Positions 34,632 to 45,359 are shown, numbered from the stretch's first letter. The stretch is 63,055 nucleotides of DNA from Phycisphaerae bacterium (GCA_039794345.1 JBDIVQ010000006.1:1-63055), one strand, 5' to 3'. Program-made: numbers and translations. The notes: generated by a model from the sequence alone, not told the origin.

Positions 34632-36328
34632 GCCGCCACCCCGCTTTGCTGCTCCCGGGCCCGATCGTCGTCGCGCATGCGCTCGTAGGCCCGCAGGGGC
34701 GGGAGCGCGGCGCCGGCCGTCGCCTCCGAAGCGGGCAACGCGTTCGGGTCCATCATTTCGAGAAAGTGTGGAATCAACTCCGGATCGAACTGGCTGCCGG
34801 CGCACCGCCGCATCTCCTCGAGTACGTCGGCGCCGGACAGCGCCCGCCGATAGGTGCGCGTCGAACTCATGGCGTCGAAGGCATCCGCGATTCCGACGAT
34901 TCGCCCGAAGAGAGGAATGTCCCCGCCGGCAAGCCCCTGCGGATACCCCTTGCCGTCGTAGCGCTCGTGGTGGGACATCACTCCGGGAATGATGTCGTCG
35001 AAGTTGGGGATGTCGCGGAGGATTCGCACGCCGATCTCCGGATGCCGCTTGATCATCGCGAACTCGTCGTCGGTGAGGCGGCCGGGCTTGGAAAGAACCG
35101 CCTCGGGCACGCCGATCTTGCCGACGTCGTGCACCAGGCCGGCGATGTGAACGCGCTGCACGACCGCCTCGTCGAGCCCCATCCGCGCCGCGAGCTCGCG
35201 GCTGAGAAAGGCCACGCGCCGCGAATGGCCGCAGGTGTAGCGGTCCTTTGCGTCGATCGAAGCGGTGAGCGCTTCGAGCGTGCCGAGGAACATCTTCTGC
35301 AGCCCGTCGTACAGTCCGACGTTGTCAAGGAAGATGCGCACGTGCTCCGCCGTCGCGCCGAGGATCTTCACCTCGAAGGAGTTGATCTGGCTGCTTTCAC
35401 CCATCTTGCCGCCGACGATGATGGCGCCGTAGACGGTCTGATCATCCGCAAGCGGCTGCACGATGAGCGATCGTTCGAGGGCCTCGAGTTCGGGGCAGTT
35501 GCACGTCAGCCCCTCCTCGCGCACCATCGGATTCGGGTCGTTGCGCGTCCGGATGACGTGGTCGAGCGCCGTGAGCAGCGCCCGCCGCTCGCAGGTCAGT
35601 TCCCCGGCCAGGAACAGCACGTGCGCCAGGCTGCGGCATCCCGGCTTGCGATCGCTGAGACGGATGGCGATCCAGCGGAAAGGCATCACCTCGAGCAGGT
35701 CCTGGCAGACCGAGTCCAGGAACTGCCGCGGTTGACGCACGACATTCATGTTGCGGCTGATTTTCTGGAGCAGGGCGAGTTCTTCATAGGCGTCAGTCAG
35801 TTGCCGGCCGAAGGACTCGATGTGCCCGTCCGCGTCGCGGAGGTCGCACAAGTCGTGGAGCCACCACTCGATGGCCTGAATGAGCGTGGGCACGGCGGTG
35901 CGCTCGGGGAGCGACTGAACCATGAGTTGGCCGCGAGGGTCGCGTCGATCCACCCGGGCGCAGACCGTCCCCATCACCGGATGGTCCGGCAATTCGGAGG
36001 AGGCGACCAGGCAAAGAACGTACCCCAGCCGCCGGCGGCGCTGGAGGATCGGAACAACGATGAGCATGAGGGGCAGGTCGAGCATGGCGCCGCGCGGCGA
36101 CTCCACGTCCGTGCCGAAGTGGCGCCCCGCCAGGCACACAGCCTGCTCGACCCCGCCCACCAGGTCAAAGAGCCACGCAAACTGGTTCTCGATCAGCCGC
36201 GGGTCGTCGAACGCCGGACCCGTCGCGAGCAGGCCGGCGGGGAGCGAGGCACAGCGTTCCGCGAGGTTGCCGAGGACCTCGCGCAGTTCGCGTCGATCGA
36301 TCGGATTGTCCCCGCATGCCGCGCTCAT
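34628..36328 (-). CDS. GAF + HD-GYP cyclic-dinucleotide phosphodiesterase
   Basis: DAKDRYTCGHSRRV, HDVGKIG, HHERYDGKGYP, ADAFDAM, GSQFDP. Confidence 0.93.
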   Translation of the reverse strand: MSAACGDNPIDRRELREVLGNLAERCASLPAGLLATGPAFDDPRLIENQFAWLFDLVGGVEQAVCLAGRHFGTDVESPRGAMLDLPLMLIVVPILQRRRRLGYVLCLVASSELPDHPVMGTVCARVDRRDPRGQLMVQSLPERTAVPTLIQAIEWWLHDLCDLRDADGHIESFGRQLTDAYEELALLQKISRNMNVVRQPRQFLDSVCQDLLEVMPFRWIAIRLSDRKPGCRSLAHVLFLAGELTCERRALLTALDHVIRTRNDPNPMVREEGLTCNCPELEALERSLIVQPLADDQTVYGAIIVGGKMGESSQINSFEVKILGATAEHVRIFLDNVGLYDGLQKMFLGTLEALTASIDAKDRYTCGHSRRVAFLSRELAARMGLDEAVVQRVHIAGLVHDVGKIGVPEAVLSKPGRLTDDEFAMIKRHPEIGVRILRDIPNFDDIIPGVMSHHERYDGKGYPQGLAGGDIPLFGRIVGIADAFDAMSSTRTYRRALSGADVLEEMRRCAGSQFDPELIPHFLEMMDPNALPASEATAGAALPPLRAYERMRDDDRAREQQSGVAA

Positions 36329-36759
36329 TCAGCTGACCTGACCCCCACGGCTTCCGTCACACACGCGACGAGTTCTCTCGGGCTGAAGGGCTTGCCGAGA
36401 CACTTGCGGATGTTCACGTCGCGCAGGTCGGCGTCATCGAGGGCGAAACCGCGAGCCGTGAGCATGATGACCGGAATCGACGCCGTCGCCGGGTTCTGCT
36501 TGAGGCGCTGGCACATCTCCAGGCCGGTGAGAAACGGCATCTGGTAGTCCGTGATGATGAGGTCAGGGCGCTGCTCGATCGCGGCGGCGAGCCCCTCCTC
36601 GCCGTCCGAAGCGGTGATCACCTCGAACCCGGCGTTGGAGAGTTTGAGGCTGACCACGTGCTGGATGTACGTCTCATCGTCCACCACGAGCACGCGTGCT
36701 CTGCCGCCCGATTGCCCGCTTTTGCTGCCGCCGCCGGCTCGCTCTCTCTGCACGGCCAT
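36325..36759 (-). CDS. Single-domain response regulator
   Basis: LVVDDE, PDLIITDYQMP, MLTA, KPF. Confidence 0.93.
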   Translation of the reverse strand: MAVQRERAGGGSKSGQSGGRARVLVVDDETYIQHVVSLKLSNAGFEVITASDGEEGLAAAIEQRPDLIITDYQMPFLTGLEMCQRLKQNPATASIPVIMLTARGFALDDADLRDVNIRKCLGKPFSPRELVACVTEAVGVRSAE

Positions 36760-36763
36760 GATC

Positions 36764-38203
36764 TCATCCTCCCTGCCTGCATGGCACGATGAACCAGAAG
36801 CGGCTTCCCTTGCCGACTTCGCTCTCAACCCCGACTTCGCCGTGGTGGACCGACTCGACGATCTGCTTGACGAGGTTGAGGCCGAGCCCCGTCCCCTTCG
36901 CCACGCGCTCGTGCTTGTCCACGCGGTAGAACTTGCTGAAGAGTTTCGGCAGCGATTCGGGCGGAATGCCCAGACCGGTGTCCGAGACGGACACGATGAC
37001 GGAGCGGTCGCAGTCGGTGAGGTCCGGCGCGACGGTCACCCGCCCCCCTTCGGGCGTGTACTTGATCGCGTTCGAGATCAGGTTGGTGATGACCTGCTTC
37101 ATCATGTCCTTGTCCACGTCCGCGTGGCAGGCCTGGTGCGGGCGCTGGAAGTGGATCCGGATCTTCTTTTCCGCCGCCTGGGGCTTGAGAAGTTCCGCGG
37201 CCTCCTGCGCGATGGGAACGAGGTCCACGTTCTCCCAGTTCGCGGTGATCATCCCCGCCTCGATGCGGCTGATGTTGAGCATGTTGTCGATCATGCGGCC
37301 GAGGCGCTCCGCTTCGTGCTGGATGATCTCGTAGAACTCGCGGCGGGAGCCCTCGTCGCGGGCTTCGCCGTCGAGGAGCATCTCGATGTAGGCCTTGATC
37401 GAACTCAGCGGCGTGCGGAGTTCGTGGCTTGCCTTGCTCACGAACTCGTTCTTCATGCGGCTGACCTGGCGCTCCTGCGTGATGTCGTGCAGAATGGTCA
37501 CCACGCTCGACGCCTCGCGCGTCGGATCGGCGAGAGAGGAGAGCGACACTTCGAGGTTGAGCGGCTCGGGCTCGCGCGGCAGCACGCACTCGGCATGCTT
37601 GCGGGAGTTCGAACTGCCAGCCTCCGCGGCCTCCTTGATGAGGCCGACGATCTGGCTCTCGCGGAGCACTTTGCTCACGGGCTTGTTGAGCGCCTCCTCG
37701 CGGCGGAAGGCGAAGAGCGACGCCGCCGCCTCGTTCGCCATGACGAGTTCGTTGAACTCGTTGGTGACGAGCACCGCGTCGCGCAGCGAGTGCAGGACGT
37801 CGGAAAGGTGCTGCACCTCCGTCTCCGCGAGATGCTTGCGAATCTCCGTCTGGCGGAACTGCGAGCGAACGGTGCGACACTCGCCGGCGAGTTCCTCGAC
37901 GACTTCGAGATGGGCGCGGGCGATGGCGTCAAGCGGAGCGATGAGCCGGTGGGTCGGCGCCTCGGCAGGCTCGGCGACCTCGACGGTCGCGCGGAGTCGC
38001 CGGAGCTGCTTCTGCGCCGCGGCGCCGGCGGCGAATCCGCCGCCTGCACCCAGGAGCGCGCCCAGGAGCATCTGCACCCCCAGGGCTGTCCACGTCGGCA
38101 GACCCGAATCGTTCGTCACGAGGCCGGCGATGACCGCCGCAGCGACGGTCGCGAAGGCGCCGAGCGCCGCCATCGCCAGTGAAATGATCCAGGCCAGTTT
38201 CAT
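36764..38203 (-). CDS. Membrane PAS sensor histidine kinase
   Basis: Two TM helices, PAS, SHELRTPL, NLISNAIKY, DTGLG, GTGLGL. Confidence 0.94.
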   Translation of the reverse strand: MKLAWIISLAMAALGAFATVAAAVIAGLVTNDSGLPTWTALGVQMLLGALLGAGGGFAAGAAAQKQLRRLRATVEVAEPAEAPTHRLIAPLDAIARAHLEVVEELAGECRTVRSQFRQTEIRKHLAETEVQHLSDVLHSLRDAVLVTNEFNELVMANEAAASLFAFRREEALNKPVSKVLRESQIVGLIKEAAEAGSSNSRKHAECVLPREPEPLNLEVSLSSLADPTREASSVVTILHDITQERQVSRMKNEFVSKASHELRTPLSSIKAYIEMLLDGEARDEGSRREFYEIIQHEAERLGRMIDNMLNISRIEAGMITANWENVDLVPIAQEAAELLKPQAAEKKIRIHFQRPHQACHADVDKDMMKQVITNLISNAIKYTPEGGRVTVAPDLTDCDRSVIVSVSDTGLGIPPESLPKLFSKFYRVDKHERVAKGTGLGLNLVKQIVESVHHGEVGVESEVGKGSRFWFIVPCRQGG

Positions 38204-38276
38204 CCCCCGCACGCTCCCATCTCGTTGCTTCCTCGCCGTCGGATCGCATCCGATCGCATTGCGCCGGCCGCGGGGC

Positions 38277-39560
38277 TCAGCGATCGAACTCGGCGCCCTC
38301 GGTCGCCACGCCGGCGAGCAGGAGCGACTGCGCCCTGGCGCTGTTCGGCGCCACCATCCGGGCCGTGCGGAACGCCTCGATGGCCTCCGCCTCGCGCCCG
38401 GCCGTCTTCAGCGCCATGCCGAGCAGGATGTAGGGCTCCTCATGGGACGGGCGCAGGGCGCAGGCGCGCTCATAGTCGGCGATGGCCGCGTCGAGGCGGT
38501 TCTCCCGCTCGTGCACCATCCCCCGCAGCATGAAACTCTCAAACCGGTTCGGCCAGACGGCGATGGTCCGGCTCACGACGTTCTGCACGCGGCGCATGTC
38601 GCCGAGTTGAAATGACACGCTCCCGAGTTCGAACCACAACTGCGGATCGCTCGGGTCTTCGTCGATCAGTTTGAGGTAAATGGACCGGGCCTCAACGAGG
38701 CGGTTGCCCGCGGTCAGGCACAGGGCCTTGAGGTGGCGCAGGTCGGGCCGGGCCGCGCACTCCGGATCCTTGAAGAGCTGATCGAGGTAGTACTCCGCCT
38801 TGGCGTGGTCGCCCGACTGCATGAGGCTGATGACGAGCAGTTCCATGATGCCCTTGTCCTGGGGCATGAGCAGCAGCGCGCGATGGAAATGCTCGGCGGC
38901 GATGGCGGGCTCTTCGCGCAGCATCGCCAGATGCCCCTGCGCCCGCTTGACCGACGCGTTGTTTTCAAAGTGCTGGCGGGAATTCTCCAGAAGATGCTCC
39001 GCCTCGTCGAGTCGCCGCATCGCCATCAGGGTTTCGAGCGCCGCCAGGAAATAGTCCGGGTTCGTTTCGTCGGTGGCGAGCGCCGCGGCGTAGCGGGTGT
39101 AGGCATTGGCCGAGTCGGACCACCGCTGGTAAACGAGGCCGGAGTAGTAGTGGGCGTCGCCGGCGTCGGGATCGAGCCGCAGCGCCGCGTCGAAGGACTG
39201 CAGCGCCGCTTCAAGCCGGTTCAATTCAATGAGCACGCGGCCGCGCATCACGTGATAGGAGGGCTCGGTGGGCACCAGCGAAATCGCCCCCTCGATGTTG
39301 ATGAGCGCGTTCTTGAGATTCCCGACCTGGAAATCCTGCCGCGCCTGCTGGGCCGCGAACTCGGCGCTGTTGCCGGCGAATCGCTCGCGCGCGTCGACCC
39401 GCGCCTTCTCAGGCGCCGTCTTCCCCGCGCAACCCGCCAGCGCCAGGGCCAGGCACGCCGCGAAGGCCGCGAGGACGCCGCGGCTCAGCGAGCCGGCGCG
39501 CCGCGGTGGTCCCGATCGGGGAGGACACTGGTGGATTCGAGCCGTTTCGGTCATAGTCAT
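38277..39560 (-). CDS. TPR lipoprotein (pilotin-like by position)
   Basis: LAGC lipobox; tandem TPR-like helices; follows the secretin gene. Confidence 0.82.
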   Translation of the reverse strand: MTMTETARIHQCPPRSGPPRRAGSLSRGVLAAFAACLALALAGCAGKTAPEKARVDARERFAGNSAEFAAQQARQDFQVGNLKNALINIEGAISLVPTEPSYHVMRGRVLIELNRLEAALQSFDAALRLDPDAGDAHYYSGLVYQRWSDSANAYTRYAAALATDETNPDYFLAALETLMAMRRLDEAEHLLENSRQHFENNASVKRAQGHLAMLREEPAIAAEHFHRALLLMPQDKGIMELLVISLMQSGDHAKAEYYLDQLFKDPECAARPDLRHLKALCLTAGNRLVEARSIYLKLIDEDPSDPQLWFELGSVSFQLGDMRRVQNVVSRTIAVWPNRFESFMLRGMVHERENRLDAAIADYERACALRPSHEEPYILLGMALKTAGREAEAIEAFRTARMVAPNSARAQSLLLAGVATEGAEFDR

Positions 39561-39683
39561 TGTGGAATCCTCCGCGCCGCGGCGCTGTGGTTCACCCTCT
39601 TCACTTGGCTTTGCGAGCCGTCAATCCTCGTTCGCCCAGGTGCGTTCCAAGCTCTGCTGAGGCGCTTCTCTCCATCCGCGCGT

Positions 39684-42188
39684 TCATTTCGAGGGAACCG
39701 TGTCAGTCGGCACCTCGACGAGCACGCTGCCGGAGTCTTCGCCGGGCAGCGCCGGCGCACCGGATTGCTGCGCCGCCACCCACGCCTGATACCGAGCCAG
39801 CGCCGGGCCGAAATGCAGCGCTCCCATCGGCGTCACCGAGAGGCTCAGCGCGACGGACTGCCCCAGGCGCAGGTTCTGCTCCGCCGTCTGAAGGGCAAAC
39901 TCGCTCTGCTGTGCGGCCGTCCGCGTACCGGGATCGCAGGGGTCGCCGGCGAGCGGCGGGAGGAGCTCCGGGTTGGTGAACGCGTTCTCGTCGATGTTCC
40001 AGACGCCGGTTTCATCCTGCCACGTGCACAGGCCGTACTCAAACCAGCAGTCGCTCATCTCGGTGCTGCCGCGGTTCGAGCCGCCCCAGGAAATGTCCTC
40101 GCCGGTCTCCGACGCAGGCGTCTCGCCGCCGGTTGAAGTTGCCGCCGGGGCGGTCGTCGGTTGTGCCGTCGTGCTCGCCGCGGGGAGGGCTGTAGGCCCG
40201 GTCGCGTCGCCCTCTGTCGTCGTCGAGTCGCCGCCGGTTGAACCGACCGGCGCCGCAGCACCAGTCGCCGTGAGCAGCGGATCGACCGCCGGCGCCGCCG
40301 GGGCGTCGCTGCTCTGCGGCTCGGTGTTCAACTGGTTCAGGCTGGCGTCGATGTGCTCGTTCGACAGGTTGCGCATGATCGAGCCGTTGAACCACTTCTC
40401 CGACTTGCCGAGCAGGCGCTCGCGCATCTGAATGACCTGCGGCTGCGTGCGCTTGAGACTGAGAGAGAGGTCGATGTAGTAGAGGGCGAGTTCGGAATCG
40501 CCGGCGGCGATCGCCTCCTCGGCCTTGAGGTTGTAGCCGTTCGTCAGCCGGTCGTTGCTCCAGGGCAGGACGCCGGTCCGGGCGCCGAGGCGGGCGTCTT
40601 CGACCATCTCGTTGGCGCGCTGGCCCTCGGAGATGAGAATCTCGTCGCGCATGATTGACGGAGTGATGAGGAAGGTGATCTCGCTGCGGCGGGTGATGTC
40701 TTCCTTGCCCTTGAAGGCGGCGCCGATGATCGGGATGTCGCCGAGGAAGGGCACCTGGCGGCGCGTCAGCGTCGTCTCTTCGCGGAACAGCCCGCCGAGC
40801 ACGATCGTGTGTCCGTCCTTCACCACGACGTTCGTCTGAAGTTCCTGCGTAATCTGGTCGGGAATGGTGAAGGTGCTGCCGTCGCTGCCCGTCACGTCGC
40901 GGATGATGCCTTCCGAGACGCTGGGCTTGAGTTCCATGCGGATGTAGCCGTCCTTGCCGACGAAGGGCCGGAAGATCAGTTGCGTGCCCGTGTCGAGGAA
41001 CTGCACCGTCTGTGTCGTGCTCGTCTCCGTGGAGGTCGTGGAGAGGTAGCCGATTCGGCGGCCGATAAGGATCTGCCCGCGGTTGCGGTTGACGGCGAGG
41101 ACGCGCGGCCGCGAGAGGACGGTCGTGTCGGTCACCTCGTCGAGGACGCGGAGGAAGATGCTGATGTCGTCGGAGATGATGCCGACCTTCAACCCGCCGG
41201 CGCGCTGCGTCTGACCGACGTTGCTGCGGACGGCGGTGGCCTTGTTGTCCGGGGGCTGGAAGCCGCTCTCGCCTGAGCCGCTCAGCAGGTTGTCCACCGT
41301 CGAGAGCGGATTGGTGAAGTCGAGGAAATCCACGTCGGCCAGGAGCGACCAGTCGATGCCGAAGGCGTTGTCCTCATTGAGCGTGCTCTGGAGCACGGTC
41401 GCCTCGACCTGGACCTGCTGCGGCCGGATATCGAGTTCGGTGATGAGCCGCGCGATCTCCTCGACGTTCTCGGGGTAGTCATGGACGACCATGGTGGCGT
41501 AGGAGGCCCAGTTCTCGCCGCCGCCGTCCGACTCGTCGGGCTTGATGCCGGGAGCGACTTCGGCGCTGACGGCGATGGTTCCCTTCTCGGAGAGCAGCGG
41601 CGTCACGAAGACGGAGGCGTCGGCCGCGTTGAGGTAACTGAGTTCGAAGCGGCGATAGACGGGCTGCTTGGCCGCCTCCTTGATGGCGCGCAGTTCCTCG
41701 AGGGTGTAGACCTTGATGAAACTGCCCTCCTCGACGTAGCCGTACCCGTTGCTGTTGAGGATGGCGTCAAGGGCCTCGAAGAAGGTCACGTCGTAGAGGT
41801 CGGCCGAAACCGTGCCGCTGACGTTCTTGGAGACGATGATGTTGCGCTGGCTCTGGATGCTGAGCATCTGCAGAACCTTCGCGAGGTCGGTGTTCTGAAC
41901 GTGGATGTCCACCGTCGAGTAGGCGGAGACTTCCACCTGCCCGTCGAGTTCATCCTCGACGCTTCCGCCGGAGCGTGCGGGCTGCGCCGGGGGCGTCTGC
42001 GCCCAGGAGTCAAGGTCGGTCTGCCCGATCGCCGGACTCACCAGGGCCGCGCAGGCGGCGCACGCCAGCCCATAGGCCTGAAGCGAGCCGAGCGTGAAGA
42101 AGGATCGCGGTGAAGGCGCGGGCGCGTTCTGCGGGAATCCGGCAAGAGGCGCGCGAGTCCGTCCCGTCGTAGCATTGCAGTCCGTCAT
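39684..42188 (-). CDS. Secretin (PilQ/GspD family)
   Basis: NIIVSKNVSGTVSADL, QVQVEATVL, VLSRPRVL, DTGTQL, VKDGHTIVLGGL, VPFLGDIPIIG. Confidence 0.92.
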   Translation of the reverse strand: MTDCNATTGRTRAPLAGFPQNAPAPSPRSFFTLGSLQAYGLACAACAALVSPAIGQTDLDSWAQTPPAQPARSGGSVEDELDGQVEVSAYSTVDIHVQNTDLAKVLQMLSIQSQRNIIVSKNVSGTVSADLYDVTFFEALDAILNSNGYGYVEEGSFIKVYTLEELRAIKEAAKQPVYRRFELSYLNAADASVFVTPLLSEKGTIAVSAEVAPGIKPDESDGGGENWASYATMVVHDYPENVEEIARLITELDIRPQQVQVEATVLQSTLNEDNAFGIDWSLLADVDFLDFTNPLSTVDNLLSGSGESGFQPPDNKATAVRSNVGQTQRAGGLKVGIISDDISIFLRVLDEVTDTTVLSRPRVLAVNRNRGQILIGRRIGYLSTTSTETSTTQTVQFLDTGTQLIFRPFVGKDGYIRMELKPSVSEGIIRDVTGSDGSTFTIPDQITQELQTNVVVKDGHTIVLGGLFREETTLTRRQVPFLGDIPIIGAAFKGKEDITRRSEITFLITPSIMRDEILISEGQRANEMVEDARLGARTGVLPWSNDRLTNGYNLKAEEAIAAGDSELALYYIDLSLSLKRTQPQVIQMRERLLGKSEKWFNGSIMRNLSNEHIDASLNQLNTEPQSSDAPAAPAVDPLLTATGAAAPVGSTGGDSTTTEGDATGPTALPAASTTAQPTTAPAATSTGGETPASETGEDISWGGSNRGSTEMSDCWFEYGLCTWQDETGVWNIDENAFTNPELLPPLAGDPCDPGTRTAAQQSEFALQTAEQNLRLGQSVALSLSVTPMGALHFGPALARYQAWVAAQQSGAPALPGEDSGSVLVEVPTDTVPSK

Positions 42189-42252
42189 GATTGATTTCTC
42201 CCCTCTCGAGGCCGGCCCGTGCTCCGCAGTCCCATCGCGGAATCGGGTCCGA

Positions 42253-42840
42253 TCACCCCGGAGTGTCCATCTTCAATTCCACCCGCACCTGATCCTTCAC
42301 CAGGATCACACTCCGCTTGAGCACGCGCTCAAGCACGAATCCACTGATCGTCCCCCCCTCGCGCACCACGCGGTCGTTGATGACGGCGGCCGGCGCAGCG
42401 CCGAGGATGAGGCTCCCAAGTCGCAGGCCCTGCGCTTCGCGCTCGATCTGCTGGCGCCGGGTCTCCGGAGAATCTTCGGGCGTCTCGGATTGTGACTTGG
42501 GGGCAACCTCGTCAGACCCGGCCGCTTGTTCCGGCTGGGAAAGCAGTGCCTGTGGTGCGGCGAAGATATTGCGCGCCGGCGACTTCGGGGAGTCCAGATA
42601 AACCAGCGGCGCTGACTCGATCGACGGGCGGCGCGGCGCCTGCTCGTGTGTCGTCGCGGCGTCAGGCAGGGCGGCGGCGGCCTGCTCGGCCGGCTCGGCC
42701 AGACCTGTGCGCGGCACGTCCTGGAGCAGCAGCAGCCGCGCCCACAGGAGCAGCCCCACCGCCGCCAGCGTGCACATCGCGCCGAAGCGGCGCCGATCGG
42801 TCGTCAGCCGAATCCACAATCGCTGAAGATCCTCGTTCAC
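42253..42840 (-). CDS. PilP/GspC-like accessory protein
   Basis: One TM helix, RNIF, and C-terminal AVINDRVVREG...VIL; lies between PilO and the secretin. Confidence 0.6.
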   Translation of the reverse strand: MNEDLQRLWIRLTTDRRRFGAMCTLAAVGLLLWARLLLLQDVPRTGLAEPAEQAAAALPDAATTHEQAPRRPSIESAPLVYLDSPKSPARNIFAAPQALLSQPEQAAGSDEVAPKSQSETPEDSPETRRQQIEREAQGLRLGSLILGAAPAAVINDRVVREGGTISGFVLERVLKRSVILVKDQVRVELKMDTPG

Positions 42841-42856
42841 GCGCTGCCTCCCTCTC

Positions 42857-43417
42857 TCACTTTGCCGGCGCCGCCGGCTCGGGGGCGGCGGCGATGCGGT
42901 AGAACGCGTCCAGCCCCAGCGTCGCCTTCACCTCGCCGTCAGACGGATTCACGTTCTGCGCAGAGAGCGAACTGATCCGCACCAGCCGGGGAAGGGCCTC
43001 GATTCGCCGCACGAGTTCGACAACCAGGTCGAAGCGGCCGGTTGTTTCGACCAGCAGGCCCGTGCTGGCCGTGGAGCCGAAGGCGGTCTCCCGGCCGCGG
43101 TTGAGTTTCGCGCCGCCGAGTTCCAGTTCGCGGATATCCGAGGAGATGCCGCTGATCACGCCGGCGACGTCGCCGGAGTCGGGAATCGGCCTCGTCTCCG
43201 CGGCGAGCCGTGCTTCGAGCGCCCCGAGCCGTCGGCGTGCCCGGTCGCGAAGGGCGTAGTCCTCCTCCGCCTGGTCCACGCGCTGGTTGAGCGTGCGGAC
43301 TTCCGCCAGCACGCGGCCGCGCTGCTCATACGCAGGTCGGACGAGCGTCAGGTAACAGAGAATCGCGGCTCCGAAGAGGATGGAGCCGTACTTGAGCCGC
43401 GTGAGCATCGAGTTCAT
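42857..43417 (-). CDS. pilO: PilO-like protein
   Basis: TM helix, coiled coil, GRFDLVVELVRRIEALPRLVRI. Confidence 0.78.
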   Translation of the reverse strand: MNSMLTRLKYGSILFGAAILCYLTLVRPAYEQRGRVLAEVRTLNQRVDQAEEDYALRDRARRRLGALEARLAAETRPIPDSGDVAGVISGISSDIRELELGGAKLNRGRETAFGSTASTGLLVETTGRFDLVVELVRRIEALPRLVRISSLSAQNVNPSDGEVKATLGLDAFYRIAAAPEPAAPAK

Positions 43418-44160
43418 CGCCCGGCGCTCCTTTCGTCGCTCGTCGGCGCCGTGGAGGCGCGTTGTCGCGGCGGCCCATCTTCGCCGACCCTCGTGGCGCC
43501 TCCCTCTCCGAGGACGAACCGCCGCTCCAGGTCAACCTCGAAGCGCACGCGGAACTCGCGCGCCGCCGATTCGCCGATCGTCCGCGTACGATCGAAGTCG
43601 AGAATGACGCGGTCAAACACGGCGTGCGACTCCAGGCGCCCGATGAACTGGGCCACCTGCACGCCGTCCTGCCCCACGCCCGTGAGGGTGACGGTGAGGA
43701 AACGGAGCAGGTTGCGTTCATCGACCTTGCGCCCCTTTGACCGGTTGACGCGCTGGCGCAGTTCCTCCATGGCGGAGGTGGCCTCGGCGCGCTGCGAGAC
43801 GTTCAGATCGAGATCGGTCAGGTAGAGTCCGGCGGGCATTTCATGACTGACGAGCGCCAGCACGTCGCTGATCTCAATGGGCAGCGCCAGGCGGTAGTAG
43901 TCGGCGAGGCGCTCCGCGGCGGCATCCGCCTTGCGGTTGATCTCAAGGCCCTCCGCACGGACAGCCTCAAGTTGCGCCGCCTGCGCGGCGAGGCTTTGCG
44001 CCAGCGCTTTCATCCGTCCAACGCCCAGGCGCGAGTGAATGACCAGACCCGCGATGACCACGGCCGTCGCCAGCCCGTAACCGGCGAACCGGCGGCGCAG
44101 ACGCGAGTCCCCCAGGCGCTGGCGGTACTCGGACGGCATGAGGTTGATGGATCGGCTCAC
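43414..44160 (-). CDS. pilN: PilN-like protein
   Basis: INLMP motif after a GTG start overlapping the pilM stop; TM helix; coiled coil; VAQFIGRLE. Confidence 0.8.
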   Translation of the reverse strand: MSRSINLMPSEYRQRLGDSRLRRRFAGYGLATAVVIAGLVIHSRLGVGRMKALAQSLAAQAAQLEAVRAEGLEINRKADAAAERLADYYRLALPIEISDVLALVSHEMPAGLYLTDLDLNVSQRAEATSAMEELRQRVNRSKGRKVDERNLLRFLTVTLTGVGQDGVQVAQFIGRLESHAVFDRVILDFDRTRTIGESAAREFRVRFEVDLERRFVLGEGGATRVGEDGPPRQRASTAPTSDERSAGR

Positions 44161-45329
44161 GCGGCACCTCGCTTCGCCTTCGCCGGAGCCGCCTTGGCCG
44201 CGACCGAACCGGTTCCGCGACGCCCGGAGGACTGGAACATCGATGCACCTCTCATGCTCAGCCCCGCGGCCACCGCCCACTCCGTCAGCGAGACCGAGCG
44301 GCGCTCCAGGCGCATCTGTGCCGAGGTGACGTCGATGCCTTCGAGCGGACTGGCGACGCGCGCCTCGAGTTTCAGATGCTCGGTGAGGATGGCGGCGAGG
44401 TTCGGCTCGCGCGCTTCGCCTCCGATGATGCTCACGTGCTCCGGCCGCGCCCCGCGGAACGTGACGCTGTAGTACCGCAGGCACAACGCCGCCTCCTGCC
44501 CCAACTCGTGCAGGAGCGGACGCACTGCCTCGTACGCCGCCCGGTTCACCCGGTCACCCGGGCCAGCCGGCTGGTCCGAATCCGACAGGCGCTCGAGGCG
44601 CAACTGCCGGGAGGCCTCCTCGTCGAGGTTCAGACGCTCACCCACGACCCGGTTCAGATCGCGGCCTCCGATGGCGATGGGCTTGACGAATGCGACCTCA
44701 CGGCCGCGGGTCAGGCACACGGTCGTGCCGCTCAGTCCCACGTCAATGATCATCTGCACGACGGCCTGATCCTCCTGGCGGCGCAGCGAGCGAGTTAGAT
44801 TGCGGGCGGAGGCGAGGAATGGGGCGTCGATGAACAGCGGCCGCAGACCCGCGGCGATCAGGGCTTCAAGGGAGGAGGCGAGCATGCTCCGCCGCGCCGC
44901 CACCAGGATCACTTCATCGCGCGTGTCGTGCCCCTGCGCCACCTCGCCGGCGCGGATCCACTCGACCTCGAGTTCCTCCATCGGCACAGAGAACCGCTCC
45001 GACGCCTCCCACCGAACTGCCTTCTGACGCTCCTCGTCGGTCATCGCCGGCATGCGCACGGCGCGTACGAGCAGGTCCGAGGCGCTCGGCGCCACGACGC
45101 AGGCATCGCCCTTGAACGGGCTGGCCTCGAGGGCGGCGCGCACGGTTCGCTCGATCTCGGTGCGGCGCTGAGCGGGATCGTCCGTCAGGGGCCGAGTGAA
45201 GAGGCGGCGCGAGGCCGCGGTGACGCGCAGCAGGCCGCTTTCCTCCTGCATCTGCATCAACTTCACGCCCGAGGCGCCGAGATCGACGCCGATCGGAAGA
45301 ATCGAGTTTTTCAGGAAGTTCCATCTCAC
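44157..45329 (-). CDS. pilM: PilM actin-like pilus assembly protein
   Basis: PIGVDLGASGVKL, IIDVGLSGT, IAIGG, IIGGEA, AVAAGLS. Confidence 0.9.
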   Translation of the reverse strand: MRWNFLKNSILPIGVDLGASGVKLMQMQEESGLLRVTAASRRLFTRPLTDDPAQRRTEIERTVRAALEASPFKGDACVVAPSASDLLVRAVRMPAMTDEERQKAVRWEASERFSVPMEELEVEWIRAGEVAQGHDTRDEVILVAARRSMLASSLEALIAAGLRPLFIDAPFLASARNLTRSLRRQEDQAVVQMIIDVGLSGTTVCLTRGREVAFVKPIAIGGRDLNRVVGERLNLDEEASRQLRLERLSDSDQPAGPGDRVNRAAYEAVRPLLHELGQEAALCLRYYSVTFRGARPEHVSIIGGEAREPNLAAILTEHLKLEARVASPLEGIDVTSAQMRLERRSVSLTEWAVAAGLSMRGASMFQSSGRRGTGSVAAKAAPAKAKRGAA

Positions 45330-45359
45330 CCGCGATGCTCCTCGTTCCAGCAGCCGGCG

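Noticed and set aside
43414-44484. 356-aa extended PilN as given in the ORF track
   Set aside because: The extension overlaps pilM. The INLMP motif marks the real start at 44160.
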